DNA of 64,000 nucleotides. Origin: Lama guanicoe (taxonomy: Eukaryota). Position numbers and translations under genes: made by a program. The notes under the pieces were generated by a model. The model did not search any database. It had not been told where the DNA came from and worked only from the letters and a program-made list of their open reading frames with translations. Positions 40,967 to 53,490 of the stretch are shown piece by piece. Each line of letters starts with the position of its first letter. Position 1 is the stretch's first letter. The stretch lies in contig MU054323.1 in the NCBI GenBank assembly GCA_013239625.1, positions 1,612,001-1,676,000 on the forward strand, given 5' to 3'.

Positions 40967-41949
40967 GGTGCTCAGTAATTTGTCAGATGATTGAATGTGG
41001 CCCAGCACTGACAGAGGCCCTGGCAGCAGCAACCCCTGACCCTCCCTCAACATGAAGTTACACAGGATATCTGGTCTCCCCTCTGTGCCTTTGTCCAGGT
41101 TCTTCTGTGTCTGAGGATTGAATGCAGAGCATTTCCAAACCACCGCTGGAGGCAGCAAGGGGTCATGTGACAGTGTATTTTTGTAAAAATACAGTTTGAG
41201 TGCTTGTCCATTTCACTTTACTGTATTTTTCTACTCACTATTATTGTGCAGACACCCCAACCTCCAGACCCACCTTGAGGGGGTCCAGGTCAGGGCTCAG
41301 CTGATCTTCCTTCATATCAGGTACTTAGTAAGTCTTCGGCAGAAGACCAAGATTAGCTCAATTCCTGTACCTTTAGCAAGATGTAAATCATTCTTAATTT
41401 TTAAATATGACTGAGTATGTGGTTTAAGACATGTGGAAGCAAAGAAGGAAAGGAAGAGATCTCACTGAAAGGCTCTTTCCAATGACCAGACGGAGCTTCA
41501 TCATGCTGTTCAAAAATGCTTGAAAGCTACATATGCACACATGTGTACATTAGAAACTGTAAGTCTAGACTCTTCAGAAACCCATCACACAAATAAGAGT
41601 ATGGTTTTGGAGAGGTGTCGTTGACTTCTGGGTAAAAAGATGCTTAGTTTGTGTTTGAAGTGGCTGAGTTGATGGCTCTGGAAGAGAGATTCTCTTGGGT
41701 GGGATAAGCCAGCACATCTTCCTGTAGATAAATAAGTGGTGAAACATGCATATAATTCCAAGGAAATTCTTCTCAAAAGATTCTAGTCTTTGGCTGAGTT
41801 TCTAGTGCCTGCTTGTTTATTTTTTAAAGTATCCCCTTAGGGAAATTGCTTCAATTTTTATGGCCCATAGTTTCTGGATTCTCCTTTTTCAGAAAACAAG
41901 TATTTCTTCTATAAAAGATGGTTCCACACCCTTCTTGTTCAGATCTCTG

Positions 41950-43470
41950 AAGTCCAGATTCTTATAAAAAGTCAGATCCTTCCTTGAAACTTCTTTTATA
42001 CCAAAATAAGATAGGAGATAACAGGAATGTATGTTGTCCTATCTTAGGCAATAATCACATATTTGTAACAGTTTTCCACATGATATCTATCCCAGTTTCT
42101 CAGGGAAGAGAAACATCTGTGTTAGATCACTCAGATGATTTGATAGGCCAACTGTCTTTCTTTGGCTTTGTGGAACCAAATCTGGTTAGAGTGAAATATT
42201 GCCGAAGTGGCTCACCAGACCTTTCTTTGCCAGGAATGCACTTTCTTGCACAAAGCAGGTCTGATGTGGGCACCTTGGCATCACATATTACCACACTATA
42301 GTGGAAACAAAGCTGCAAGAATTAAAAGGCATTTGTTGGTAAAGTTGGCCAGGATCATAAGCACCATTCTGGCAAGGCAGCAATTCCAATGGAATTTATT
42401 GGGTCTTACCACATAAAGGCTGCCAGTCTAATACTGCTCTGTAGTATGGACTCATTAACTTGGACAATATTAGCTAAATAAATCAAGGTGAAGAGGCTAA
42501 GTGAAATTCCAAAAGATTAAAGAATTCAACTTTTGGGTCTAATGATTCTAAAATTTTGGAAGACAATGATACCAGTTTTATATAAAGACTATTTAGTTTA
42601 ATATGCAAATGCTCGTAGGGGTACTCCCAAAATATAGATTATTCTAGATAGAAGACTTTATGGCCAAACACGGACCTATCATGAGTGATCTGGAGTCAAG
42701 AAAATTGTAAGTTAAAATAAAACGACAATTCAAAGTCTATCTCATGGTTTGTAATGACAGTGGCTTTTTAGATGGGGTCATTTGTTAAAGAAAGCGCCAT
42801 AGCTATTTTGAATTAAGACTTGCTCATTCATTCTGGCTTCTCTTTTGTCCTATAAGTTTGACTTACAACTGGACAAATCTAAGTCTTAAATTAATTTTAC
42901 TCACCTGGCCTTCAATCTATCCACTGGCATACTGAATAAGTCTAGTTGAGCAAGTATGAAAATTGTCATAAATGGAAAGCCCACTCACTTCTTCCAATGC
43001 TGTGCTTTCTTCCTTCATGAAGATAAACATTTTTACTTCAGTTAGCCTCAGGTGGGAAGGAAACTTTAGGAAAGTTACATTCACAAGGTGACAGGCAGTT
43101 TCCTGCGATATCTTCAGCATTTGTATGGCTTATTGAAAAAAAAAAAGTTTGGGGCAGGAAGAAGAGAGACCTTATTATATAAGACCAGTGCTAGAAGGCA
43201 TCAATTAATGTTTATAACTAAAGTCCAGATCTCCATCCAAAGAGTACAGTCTTAAATGTTTCTCATTGTCTGAAGTTCTCACAAAACAAACTTCGCTACC
43301 CAGATATTGGATTCTTTGCATGCTCCAGGAACAGAGTAATAGCAGTATCTTAGTTCTTCGGAGGAAATGGATTTGAAGGGTTAACTTTATGTACTCTCTT
43401 AATGCCAAATTAGGAATTTTGCTGATCTTAAATATTGACGAGGCAAGATAAATAAAAGGCTGTTGAAACA
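41950..43470 (-). mobile_element. Probable ancient non-L1 LINE (RTE-X/L4-like) ORF2 remnant
   Basis: Ordered degenerate RT motifs on the minus strand: YLA..LRSA (~43420-43455), *CLLALVLYN (43174-43203), NAEDI (43107-43121), then FTLTRFG and ICDYC..HTFLL. Confidence 0.45.
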
Positions 43471-44479
43471 GTACAAGAATAGTGAAATCTATTGAGAGGA
43501 GGGAGAGTAATTTAATTCCAGGTAAATAAAATGTTCACTTTGGAGCCTCCTAGCCGTCAAGGCAGGGAATAAAAGTCCTGGAAGACAAAATTCACAAAAT
43601 AAAATGTTGATGGCATTAAGTGCTAAAAAGAATTGGTCTTAGAAGGGCCAGTTCATTTTATTGCTTGATCTTCAAACGCAGTTTCCTAGAAGATGACAAG
43701 ATGTGATGATCTTACATTGATTCTCAACATGAGCCAAGGACATGATGGAATTTGCTCTCAGAAAAGTCATCATAGGGAATGAGTTCAGTTGGCTGAATTC
43801 CTAACTTCTAGGCAGAAACATCTTTATTAATTAGTTTTCTAGGTATTTGAAATAGTCAGCACAGATTCTTTGTGATGAGCCTTACTTTTCAGGTCTGTAT
43901 CCAAACGCCACCTCCTCAGGGAGTGTAACTGTCACACCCCACACGGGACTCACCAGGTAGTTACTACAAGCCTTCAGTCTCCTTAGAGCAATCAGTGATG
44001 CCTGCATTTGTTCTTCCCAAATGAATATAGGCCCTGAGGGCAGAAGCTCTGTTTTGTGCACGGCTTTATTCCTGGTAGATGACGATACTTAGTACACACT
44101 CTGTGCCCAAAGAGTTTGAGTGAATTTTTGCCTCTAATGTACCTTGTACTGAAAGTTAGTCTCTCTTAGGACTGGACTCAAAAAGGAACATCTCATATTT
44201 CATATTACTTGCCACCTTCTAAGTCAGGAAAAGAAGCCAAGTATTTCAAATTAAATTTTGAAATCAGAGGACACTTTGTCTAGATTTTTCAGGTTTTATC
44301 TACAATTTCCTTTTATTTTATCATCATCTTTTTACTGCTTTCTCAACTTGACTAATGACTCATTAAGACACAGTTAATATCATTGTTCAGACTTTTTATC
44401 ACTTGGATGTGCCATAACTTCCTTTTTCTTAGAGGTTTCAGTGTGAAAAAAATCAGTCAGTCAGTCTCTGGAATATTCT

Positions 44480-44960
44480 TCCCCTCTTTCTGGAATATTA
44501 TCTGTCTCACCATAGAGTATTAGTTATTTCAACCCATAAGTGTATATATATTTACATTGATAGGTACCGAGATGACCACATCTGTATGTGAGTCTGAATA
44601 AATTTTATTTCCTTACAACATGTTTCTAGGGGTAAGGATATAAACTATTCACATTCTTGAATCACATTGTATCCTGGAAAGATGATGACAATTTTCATCA
44701 CCAGCAACAATATTGATAGCACCTGTTTTACCACATCTTTGCCAACATAGATTCCACTTTGCCAAGTATTTTAACTTTATAGGTAAGAAATTGTAACTTA
44801 CTTTTAATCTGTATTTCCAATTTCTAGTGGTAAACATTTTTATATATAGAATGTTTGTATTTTTGTTAAATTACATGTATCCTTTACCCACCTTTTTATT
44901 TGATATCAGTGAGTCATTCACTCATAAGAGCTGTTCATTTTAAGAACACTTCTCTTCTGT
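44480..44960 (-). mobile_element. Ancient L1ME-like fragment
   Basis: caattttcatcaccagcaac...cctgttttaccacatctttgccaaca. Confidence 0.6.
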
Positions 44961-46691
44961 GATTTGTTGTAATATTCAGTTTTACTTTTGTTAAGCCCTG
45001 GTTTCCTGACAGGTAAAACTGGAATAATTCTTGCCTGCCTCTTATGGTGGTTGAAGGACAAATGAGAAAACAGGCATAAGTAAGAGTGATAGGAAGTGTT
45101 ACATAAGGTCCAGCTGATTTTTTTTGTATCACTGTTGCCAACAGATGAAATGTTTTTCCATACAACCAAGAAGATTTACTTACTTTTGGACAACTTTGTG
45201 GTCAGGGCAACATGACAAAGTCCTGGCTCAACCCTGGGTATGGGTTTCTCTTCTTTGGTCCATAATGAAATGTGACTATATGCACATTTCAGCCTAAGAA
45301 ACATACAACAGTATCTCTTGAGAAAGGATACAACTCTCCTTGAATCATCAGGCGTCATTAGCTACAAAGCTTAAAATGGAGTTCCCTCACCTCCAGCCCC
45401 TATTCTGCTGCTTTTCACAAAACTCCAGATGGGAAGAAAAAGGAGGTGGAATATCAAAATCTTTTACTTACATAGAAGCAGAACTCAAAATAAAAGCTTT
45501 CCAAAGCAATCTCTGTTCTGTTTTGGTCTCCCCCTCCCCTGCACACCATCCTGCTGGTACACAGGATCAAGTCTGAAGCAAAGAACATGGTCCTCACAAG
45601 TCAGGATGTGATTTCCAAACTATGTCAGGGAAGACAGTTGTGAATAGAGCATCATCCTCATTGAAAACAGGCAAGATACAGGCTTGCGGTAAAAAAATAA
45701 AATGAAAGTCATACCTTTCTGCTGGTTCTTCAAGTGTTCACACTGAACATAAATGTCGTACCTGTTCTGGTAACAACTGCAGATTGGCGACATTTGTCTT
45801 GTAAAGCAAATTCGGATGGACACTGGCCTGGTACTCCTTCCAGCTTCATTGCAGTAACTACCATATAGCCATTGGATGTGCAGTCTTGCAGACATTTAAA
45901 TAGGTGAAGAGACTCCTTTGGAAGTCCAGACACCTGTCTCTGCCGTGTTGTGTCCTCCACGGTCGTTCCATGACACTTCCCACATGCTCCAGAGTCAGGA
46001 AGCCCCCATCTGCATGTGTGGAAGCAAAGACAAGGGGGCAGTGAGCCTCTGAATATCATGCTTAGCCCTGCCGTGCCCAGGTGACAAGAGAAACCTCACC
46101 ATCACCTGCAACAGGGGTCCCATGTCTCAAAGTCGAAGCTCCTAGAAGAATTAATCTGTGATCAGAGACTGCGTAAATGCTACCGCTAAGTCTGTACTTC
46201 AATGCTTTCCCCTCTCTCTGCTTTGAGAGGTGGTGAGAGAAATTTACCAAACAGTGTGAGAAAGAGGAGCTGGGGGGTGGGAGACATTGAGAAGTGACTA
46301 ATACTCTGACTCCTATTGTCAAAAAGCCCAGAACCCTGAGGTCCCGTGACCTCTCTCAGCTGCAGACCGACAGGATCCAGGGAGACTCGCTCACCTCACA
46401 GCAAGACACAAAGCCACCGTAACAAGAAGCCCAGCCTGGCTTCTCAGCCTTTATTTTCCACAGACAAGCTCTGCCTTCTGCTTGGCCTGTCAGCAAGGAA
46501 CTGTCCTCGGTGGGGCCAGCAATCACCAGGTGAATCCATTTCAGTGGCCCTTGCTCCTTTCCCAGCTATGAGGCAGGGTCTGGGACAGATGCCCTGCAAG
46601 GAGGCCCCCACCATCTGCTGATTCCTTCCCAAGGTTTCCCTTTCCAGCTCAGCCAGAATGTTCCACAAACACTCCAGGAGAGGCCCCCAAG

Positions 46692-46873
46692 TAGGGCTGC
46701 CAGAGAAAATACAGGATGCCCTGTTAGATGAGAATTTCAGACAATCTGGGAAATACTGCAATTATCTGCAATATTTGGGACACACATAGTGTAAAAACAT
46801 GATCCATAGTTTATCTGAAATTCCAATTTCACACAACATTCTGTATGTTTATTTGCTAAACTTTGTGCCCCTA
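46692..46873 (+). mobile_element. MER53-like palindromic hAT MITE
   Basis: TAGGGCTGCCAGA...CCCTA termini; internal inverted gaatttcagac / gtttatctgaaattc. Confidence 0.8.
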
Positions 46874-47249
46874 TTTCAAGGTCTCGGTTTTGCTGAGCAG
46901 GAAAGGAAAGCTAGGATGAGGAAGACTATATATTTTTCCAAATTAAAAAAAAAATTCTGCCACTTTTGGTCAGATGTGTAAATTACATGGGTAGCCGAGA
47001 AAGGCCTGTGAGATGTTTGGCCCAAACTAGGCGAATGAACAGGGAACGAAGGAATTCCTCATGGCAGGACTAGGTCCTGGGTTAAGACCCTTTTAATGAA
47101 GAAACCTACTCACTATTTAGCAGCGATTGTGTTAGGGACCAGGGATGTGGCAGTGAACAAAATAGTTCATCTCTTACTCGTGTGGTTGGCATCCCACTCC
47201 CCTGGTAACCTAGCTCCCAGGCCGTCATGTGAGATTGGAAACTGGCCCC

Positions 47250-47565
47250 TGTGCACGGAGGGCAGGGAGAGACCAAAGAAGGGGGCGGACCTCTCCAGAT
47301 TGGTAGGTGGCAGATTGAATAAACAAGGGAACTTACATACCACGTTTGTCTTGGGTAGTTGCAAGATGAGTAGGTCCCCGCCCCCTGGAAGTTTAAATGT
47401 TTATACAGAGGGCTTGGGTTAAGTCATGCACACCATCCAGATGGTCTCAGCTACACAGTGCTCTCTCAAGGCTGCGTTCTTGGAAATGATCCCACTGTGG
47501 GATCCGTGGGCAGGATGTACATTCCAAGGTCAGGGAGGAGGTAAGGATACTCCGAGTGCCCTAAG
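47250..47565 (-). mobile_element. ERV LTR fragment
   Basis: ccagattggtaggtggcag...caagggaacttacatac...gtttatacagagg...ctctcaaggctgcg typical of an antisense LTR. Confidence 0.6.
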
Positions 47566-47968
47566 GGCGGGGTGAATGCCCATCTGAGGAGAATTGGGGG
47601 AGAGCTGGAGCCATTCGGGATGAATGTGTAAGCCTGATCCAAAAAATTGTGGGTGCCGTCCGACCGATGTCATTTCCAGGGGTAGGAGGAAGCTCTACTC
47701 TGGACTCTGCTTTCTCAGTGATCACAGGGCTCTGGTGTCGTGAAAGTGATTCCTGGTCTTGCCACTCAGCAGTTGTGTGACCCTGGGCAAGTTAGTTAAC
47801 TCTTCTGAACCGAGGGTTTTTTTTAATCTGTAAAATATGGATTTACTGTGTCATCATAACATTCTCATGTAACAAGCACCTGGCAAATTATGGACACACG
47901 CTCAAGAAAACGTGTAACAAACCCCTTACTCCCCTTGCACCTCCAACTCCTACTTGGAAAAATAGTTT

Positions 47969-47971
<3 letters not shown>

Positions 47972-48010
<39 letters not shown>
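47972..48010. repeat. (TG)n microsatellite
   Basis: Direct reading. Confidence 0.95.
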
Positions 48011-48012
<2 letters not shown>

Positions 48013-48229
48013 GAAAGAGAGAACTCTTGAGTGTAAAGTAAGTGATCGTTTCTCAGTATTTTAGCAATTATTTCATGATTTTGCCCAATGAATTTTTTAC
48101 ATTAAAAAATGCCCAAGAATAGCAAAATAAAATTTTCTTGGGCAGTTAAGTAAAAGGAGGACATAGATCTTCATACTTTCTGTGCACATGGAAAGTCTGC
48201 TGGAAGTAAATACAACAGAATGGTGAGGT

Positions 48230-49380
48230 GAGGATTTTTGCGCGTGGGATTGGGCTATTTAAAATTTCGGATGCTGCGGTTCGTGCAGATGCAATGTTAG
48301 GAGCCGGCCACAGGGGGGAGCCTGAGCCCCTCCGATGGCTTTTAGGAGGCGCCGCAGAGATGCCGGTGAACAACTTCAGCGCAGAGTGCAGAGCGAGACC
48401 TGGCCCATCTTAATTTCTGAAAGGCTCCTCACTGAAATAAAACCGCCGTAAGCCCTCCTTTAGAACATTCGCTGGTCCCATTTAGCGAAGGCGAAGTGCC
48501 GAAGTGAGGCTGGGACTGAGGAAGGCATTCTCGGGTCTGAAGGGTGTGGCTCCCACGCATCTCTAGGAACCAAAGTGAAGGGCAGAGTCCCTCGGCAGAG
48601 GCAAGTGTCCCCCGAAGGTCAGGAGCGGGAGGCTCCAGGAGATTCAGGGAGGAGACGGAGCGAGGTGAGACTGGGTACCTGGCTGAACAGGGGTGCTGCA
48701 GACCGGCCCTGGGCCCTGGGGAGGGATGGTGGGGAAACCGTCTGTTGTCCCCCTGTGGCCTGGAGAGAGCCACGAGACTTCTGTGGGCCTCCAGGATGTC
48801 ACGGAGGCCCGGAGGCATCCAGGTTTGCCCCCAGAGAGCGTCTGTCAGGGAGGGGCCCTAGTTACAGAAGGAAGTGGGGGATGGGGAAGAAAGACGCAAC
48901 AACCTGGACTGGAGGCTCCCGCGTTAGTCGAATGACCTAGAAGGAACTGAGATATGCTCCCCGCTTCATCCCCACCAACAGGGAGACCCACATCAGGCAT
49001 CTGTCACCCCAGAGCATCACCATCCTTTGGTGGGAACCGGAGGCGCCATGACCACTGACGGAGGACCACAGCCATGGCCAGTTCAGCAAAAACAGACAGA
49101 AAACCCGAAAGAACCCCACCCCAACCCCCCTACCCCAACACACATGAAATGCTTGTGTTTTCCTTTCTCTCCTCCCTGCCCCAATACGTGGGAGGTCTCC
49201 CTCCTAGAGAAGAGCATTCTCTCCACTCCCCGGCGGCTCCACTTTTGGGTCCCTTCAGCCTCAAGCCCAAGCAGGACCTGGGGAAATAAAAGTTGCACAT
49301 TGGCCATTGGGTGATGACCTGTTTACAGGTTTATTTCAAACTCCCTGGCTTTTAACAAATAAAACCACCTGACAGGTCCT
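48230..49380 (+). mobile_element. Possible ancient Gypsy-type LTR (candidate 5' LTR)
   Basis: GC-rich ~1.1 kb block with AATAAA signals near 49286 and 49358, upstream of the Gypsy pol fossil in the same orientation; family not confirmed. Confidence 0.3.
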
Positions 49381-50004
49381 GCAGAGTGTATGTGTATGTT
49401 ATGTATGTGTGTGTGTGTTTGTATGTGTGTAGGGGCTGTGTGTATGTGTTGTGTGTTGCGTGTGTGTGTATAATTCACAGAGGGGCATCGCCCTGTTAGA
49501 GGAGAGAACAGAGCATCCCCTCCGGTCACCTCCGTACGGGGGGGTGGTGGACACTGGAGTCCCAAGAGGGAAGCGATTAACCCAGGATTAACCAGCGGCC
49601 CAGTGGCCAGGGAGGACTAAGAAATAGATTCGTGAATGTGCTTTTGAGCACCATCTGGGGCTCGGTGCTCTACCTGGTGGACAGGTGGAACGGGTTTTCT
49701 GAGGACCCTCTACTCAAGAGCATAAACAGCCTTCAGTCACTGGGCAGTCACTGCCCCTTCCCATGTCCTGGGCAGATTTCACAGGCTCTGGCTATTTCCT
49801 TTCATTCGGACTAGTCCAGTCCAGTCCAGTTCATGAGGGCCACCTCATATGTAATTGCCCATTTTAGGCCATTGTCATGTCGAGGGGCGTGGCGTGGGGA
49901 GTGGGGCACGGTCTCCCCCTCCTCTTTCTCTTCCTCTGCTTCTCCTGCCACCAAGTCTAGTGTTTAACCCGGTAGAGTGTTGGGGCAGGGAGGGGGCAAG
50001 GGGG

Positions 50005-50185
50005 CAGTGGTGTGCTGCTAAACGTTTAACAACCAGCTCCCTAGAAAAGATTTGTAATGTTCACAGATTTCCAGGGGGTACATTTCCCTCCATGGCTGAT
50101 TTCAGCTACTGATATGGAGTGACTGGCTGTGGAATTGGGAACAGATGTGCCGTAGCAACTGTCCCACGCTGCTGTGAGCTGGAGG
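50005..50185 (-). mobile_element. MER63-like hAT-Blackjack element
   Basis: cagtggtgtgctgctaaacgtttaacaaccagctc terminus; catggctgatttcagctac...ttgggaacagatgtgc. Confidence 0.7.
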
Positions 50186-50539
50186 AAGGATGGGGGGGGC
50201 TGGTCTTTACCTGAGTGGGCACGGATACAGCCCTCTCCCTGCCCGCTGCCACCCTGCTGCTCTGGCTTATACTGATGGCTCCGGTGTTCCCTAGGGGCTG
50301 GGTTTTTAATGGGACCCCAGGCTCCCCACTGCTCAGTCCTTGCACATGGGAGACCTAACTCTTCCCTCCTCAGCTCCTGACCAGCGCCAGGCCAGGGCCT
50401 CTTGCTGACAGGGTCCCTGGGCCCGGTGGGCAGCCCTCCCATGTGGGGTACCTACGAGATGGCCCAGGTGAGCTCCGTTTCTAAGTGTCTGCTCGACCTT
50501 TTGGGAAATGGCACACCCTGACCCAACCAATCACAGGGA

Positions 50540-50712
50540 GGCAGGCAGTTTAGTCCCTTGTCTTCCCACCCCCACTCTTTTTATAAATGATTTTTCATTG
50601 TCACAACACTTGTGACGCCAGATATGTGGGTTTGCCACTGTAAGCAATTCTCTGATTCTCTGTGGACAGCAACTGGGTGTCCCATGAGTCAATTCAGTTT
50701 TGACACCGACCA
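50540..50712. mobile_element. MER21/MER77-like LTR fragment
   Basis: tcacaacacttgtgacgccag...caactgggtgtcc...caattcagttttgacac. Confidence 0.65.
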
Positions 50713-50714
50713 CT

Positions 50715-50866
50715 TTACTTTCTTCATCACGTGAGACATCACGTGAGGCCGTCGAGGAGAAGTCAGCTGTTTATAAATGAGGAAGCCAGCTCTCACTAGA
50801 CACCATATCTGCCAGCACCGTGATCTTAGGCTTCCCACTCTCCAGAACTGTGAGAAATACATTTCC
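50715..50866 (+). mobile_element. MLT1/MST (MaLR) LTR 3' fragment
   Basis: atctgccagcaccgtgatcttaggcttccc...ctccagaactgtgagaaatacatttc. Confidence 0.8.
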
Positions 50867-51199
50867 GACCTATGCAGAGAATTTTATAAATGCATGTCAT
50901 TCAACATGGGTGTTTTAGAGAAAGCTGGATTCCTTCAGGAGAGAGGCGAGCTCTTCAACATAAAGCAGAGCTGGCAGGAGGACATGAACAGATATCGGAT
51001 CTGCGGTCACAGAGGGAGCTGCGATGTCCAGGGCACCAGTGTGGATGCCAACAGTTTCTCAAGGTAATGCATTTGTGTGCGTATGTTGAAGGTGGGGTTG
51101 GGGAGGGAGCATGCAGGGGATGTACTGGTAGGAGATATGTTGCCAGATTTAGCAAAAGAAAAAGTATCCACACACTATATACGTATGTGTGTGAGCGTA

Positions 51200-51553
51200 G
51201 TAGTTACAGGCTGAATGTGTCCTCCCCAAATTCATTCGTTGAAGTCCCAGCTTCCAATGTGATGATAATTAAGGTTGAAATAGGTCATTAGAGCGGAACC
51301 TCATGATGGGATTAGTGTCCTTCGAAGGAAAAGAAGAGAGCTCTCTTCCCATATCGCATACCAAGGAAAGGCTGTGTGAGCAGAGCAGGAAGGCGGCTGT
51401 GACAGACCCAGTGGCTGTGTGTCCTCGCCAGGAACCGAATCTGCTGAATCCTTGATCTTGGACTTTCCAGCTTCCAGAACTGTGAGAAATAAATGTGTGT
51501 TGTTTAAGCCACCCAGTCTATGATATTTTTGTGATAACAGCTAAGCTGATACA
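51200..51553 (+). mobile_element. MLT1A/B-like (MaLR) solo LTR
   Basis: ggctgaatgtgtcctccccaaattcat...cttgatcttggactttccagcttccagaactgtgagaaataaat...tttaagccacccagtctatg. Confidence 0.85.
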
Positions 51554-51599
51554 GGTGTGTGTATGTGTATATATGTATTATTCCGTTAAATTTTTGAGT

Positions 51600-52830
51600 A
51601 TAAATATGTCCTGTGCAAAATTAGACGAATCTTCCCAAAGAACCATTGTGTCACAGAGTAATGATTTAAGGAAGCATATTAAAGAAATCAATGACATTAT
51701 ATGCACACCTTAAATTCGTCTGTATCTCTATTCACATTAGAGCACAAAAAAAAATCTGAAAAATTAAAATGTGTATGACTTACTGGACACTAAATAAATG
51801 GATTAAAAATACACCCACGTTTGGAATACCCTAGTGTGTTGGGCTGTTGGTCAGTGGTTTTCAGGGTTAGATTTTAGACGTGAGTATCACTGGATGAATT
51901 CATGGTTGAGGACGAAAAGGAAGGAACGGCCTTGCAACTTTTTTGAGATGATAATTATGATTTTTTTTTTCATTTTGGTCTTCTCCAAAGTGCTAGCCCT
52001 GTTCTAGCAGCTGGTTGAATGAATTCTCAAATATTCGCTGTGTGATCGTGGTTGCATATTTTACTTTATATAGAAGGAGTTGGAGGGCTGTTAGAAATGG
52101 TCCTCTGAGAGGTAGCCTGCCCTGGGGAGCCAGAGCTGATACTTCCCGACAAGTGTGAGTTCTCCAGGGTCTCTGAGAAGTAAGTGTTGGGCAGCTTTCT
52201 ACCTGGGAGTGAGCTCTGAGCTGTAAAGGTTTCTTCCAGCACCAAGTGAACCGGGCTCACCATCCAAGAGAACTGAATTCACTGGGAGTGGTGTTCAGAA
52301 GAGAGTTTGGACAATTAGAAAAGAGTAAGTTAGGATTACAGGTTTCTCACCAGCAGACAGACTGCCCGGGCACCTGCAGGGCTGTGATGGATGGATGGGG
52401 GCATCAGCCTCTGCGCTTGCGCGGGATAGAGATGACCTGAGGTCTGTGAGAAGTGGTCTGAACTCCAACGAAGGGCTAGACAAGGATTCCACATCGAGGT
52501 TTGCTGACTTTAACGAGCCTTTCGTATTACACACCGATGCCTGCTTCAAAGGCTCGGAAATGGCGTTCTATCCAGAGAAAGAGGAGGAGGAGCACTTGTG
52601 GTGTTGGCAAAATTTGTGGAGCTAATCTGAAGGCAAAGCTCAACACCCCGTTCACAGTGTGGAGCTCTTAGTAATAAAGTAGGTAGTTATAATTACATCA
52701 AGGCTGAGTTGGGGTGCTGGGGGCAGGCCTGGGTTCCAGCTGTAGCAAATGTTAATGTTCTCTTTTGTCATCAACCAGATGGAAGCGCGGGGATTTAGGT
52801 CTCCTGTCCTGCCAGACCCACTCTCAGACC
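51600..52830 (+). mobile_element. Fossil Gypsy/Ty3 LTR-retrotransposon pol (RT plus RNase H), MamGyp-int-like
   Basis: Colinear motifs across stops and frameshifts: DLRKHIKE, KMCMTYWTLNK, GQWFSGLDFRREYH (51849-51890), EDEKEGTA, LPDKCEFSRVSEK, RELNSLG, FADFNEPFVLHTDA (52500-52541), HPVHSVELLVIK*VV, GQAWVPAVANVN. Confidence 0.85.
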
Positions 52831-53424
52831 ATCGGCATCACTTGCAATGAAGACCCTGGGCAATCTGGAGTGGCAAAGGGACCCGTCTCCCAAAGAAGGG
52901 GGCACGGCTGACAGCCTGGGAATGTCACCGCGGCAGGAGAGGATGTCACTCAGACCTGCCCAAGCTGGAGGAGAATAAAAGGCTGGCTAATTGTTCCTTG
53001 AGAAGATTCAGAGAGGCAGAGAAGCCGGGGGAAAAAAAAACGGGCCTTTTTGGTGGTATTTGAATTTGATCGCGTTCCTGGCAGCTAACAACTGAAAAAT
53101 GACTGACAAATGTAATCAAAGAGTAATTTCCTGGGAGCTCACAGACTTCCTGAGAGCCCAGAAGATTACACTGGGAGTGGACAAGAATCAAGGGCACTCT
53201 GGATGTCCAGGAAGCAAAAAACGGAAACACAGCAACTACATCATAACTGCTGCCCCAGCCACCGCCACCACCACCCTGACAAACCAGCCGCAGCGCCTCC
53301 CCCAGACATGTGTCACCTGCTAAAACACAGAGCCCTGGGACACAGTGGCTGATGTCCAAACATATGTCTCCATCCTTATGTTGTTAAATTGCTCTCTTTC
53401 CTCTTTTTTCCAATAATTTTTATT

Positions 53425-53490
53425 TCTTTTTTTAATGGATGTACTGGGGATTGAACCCCACTCTACCACTGAGCTATGACCACCTTCCCA
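53425..53490 (-). mobile_element. Internally deleted tRNA-derived (Vic-1-like) SINE
   Basis: tttaatggatgtactggggattgaaccc joined directly to actctaccactgagctat. Confidence 0.75.

Noticed and set aside
52395..52625. Domesticated Gypsy-derived gene
   Set aside because: Only a 76-aa open stretch; the surrounding pol has many stops and frameshifts and no intact YXDD
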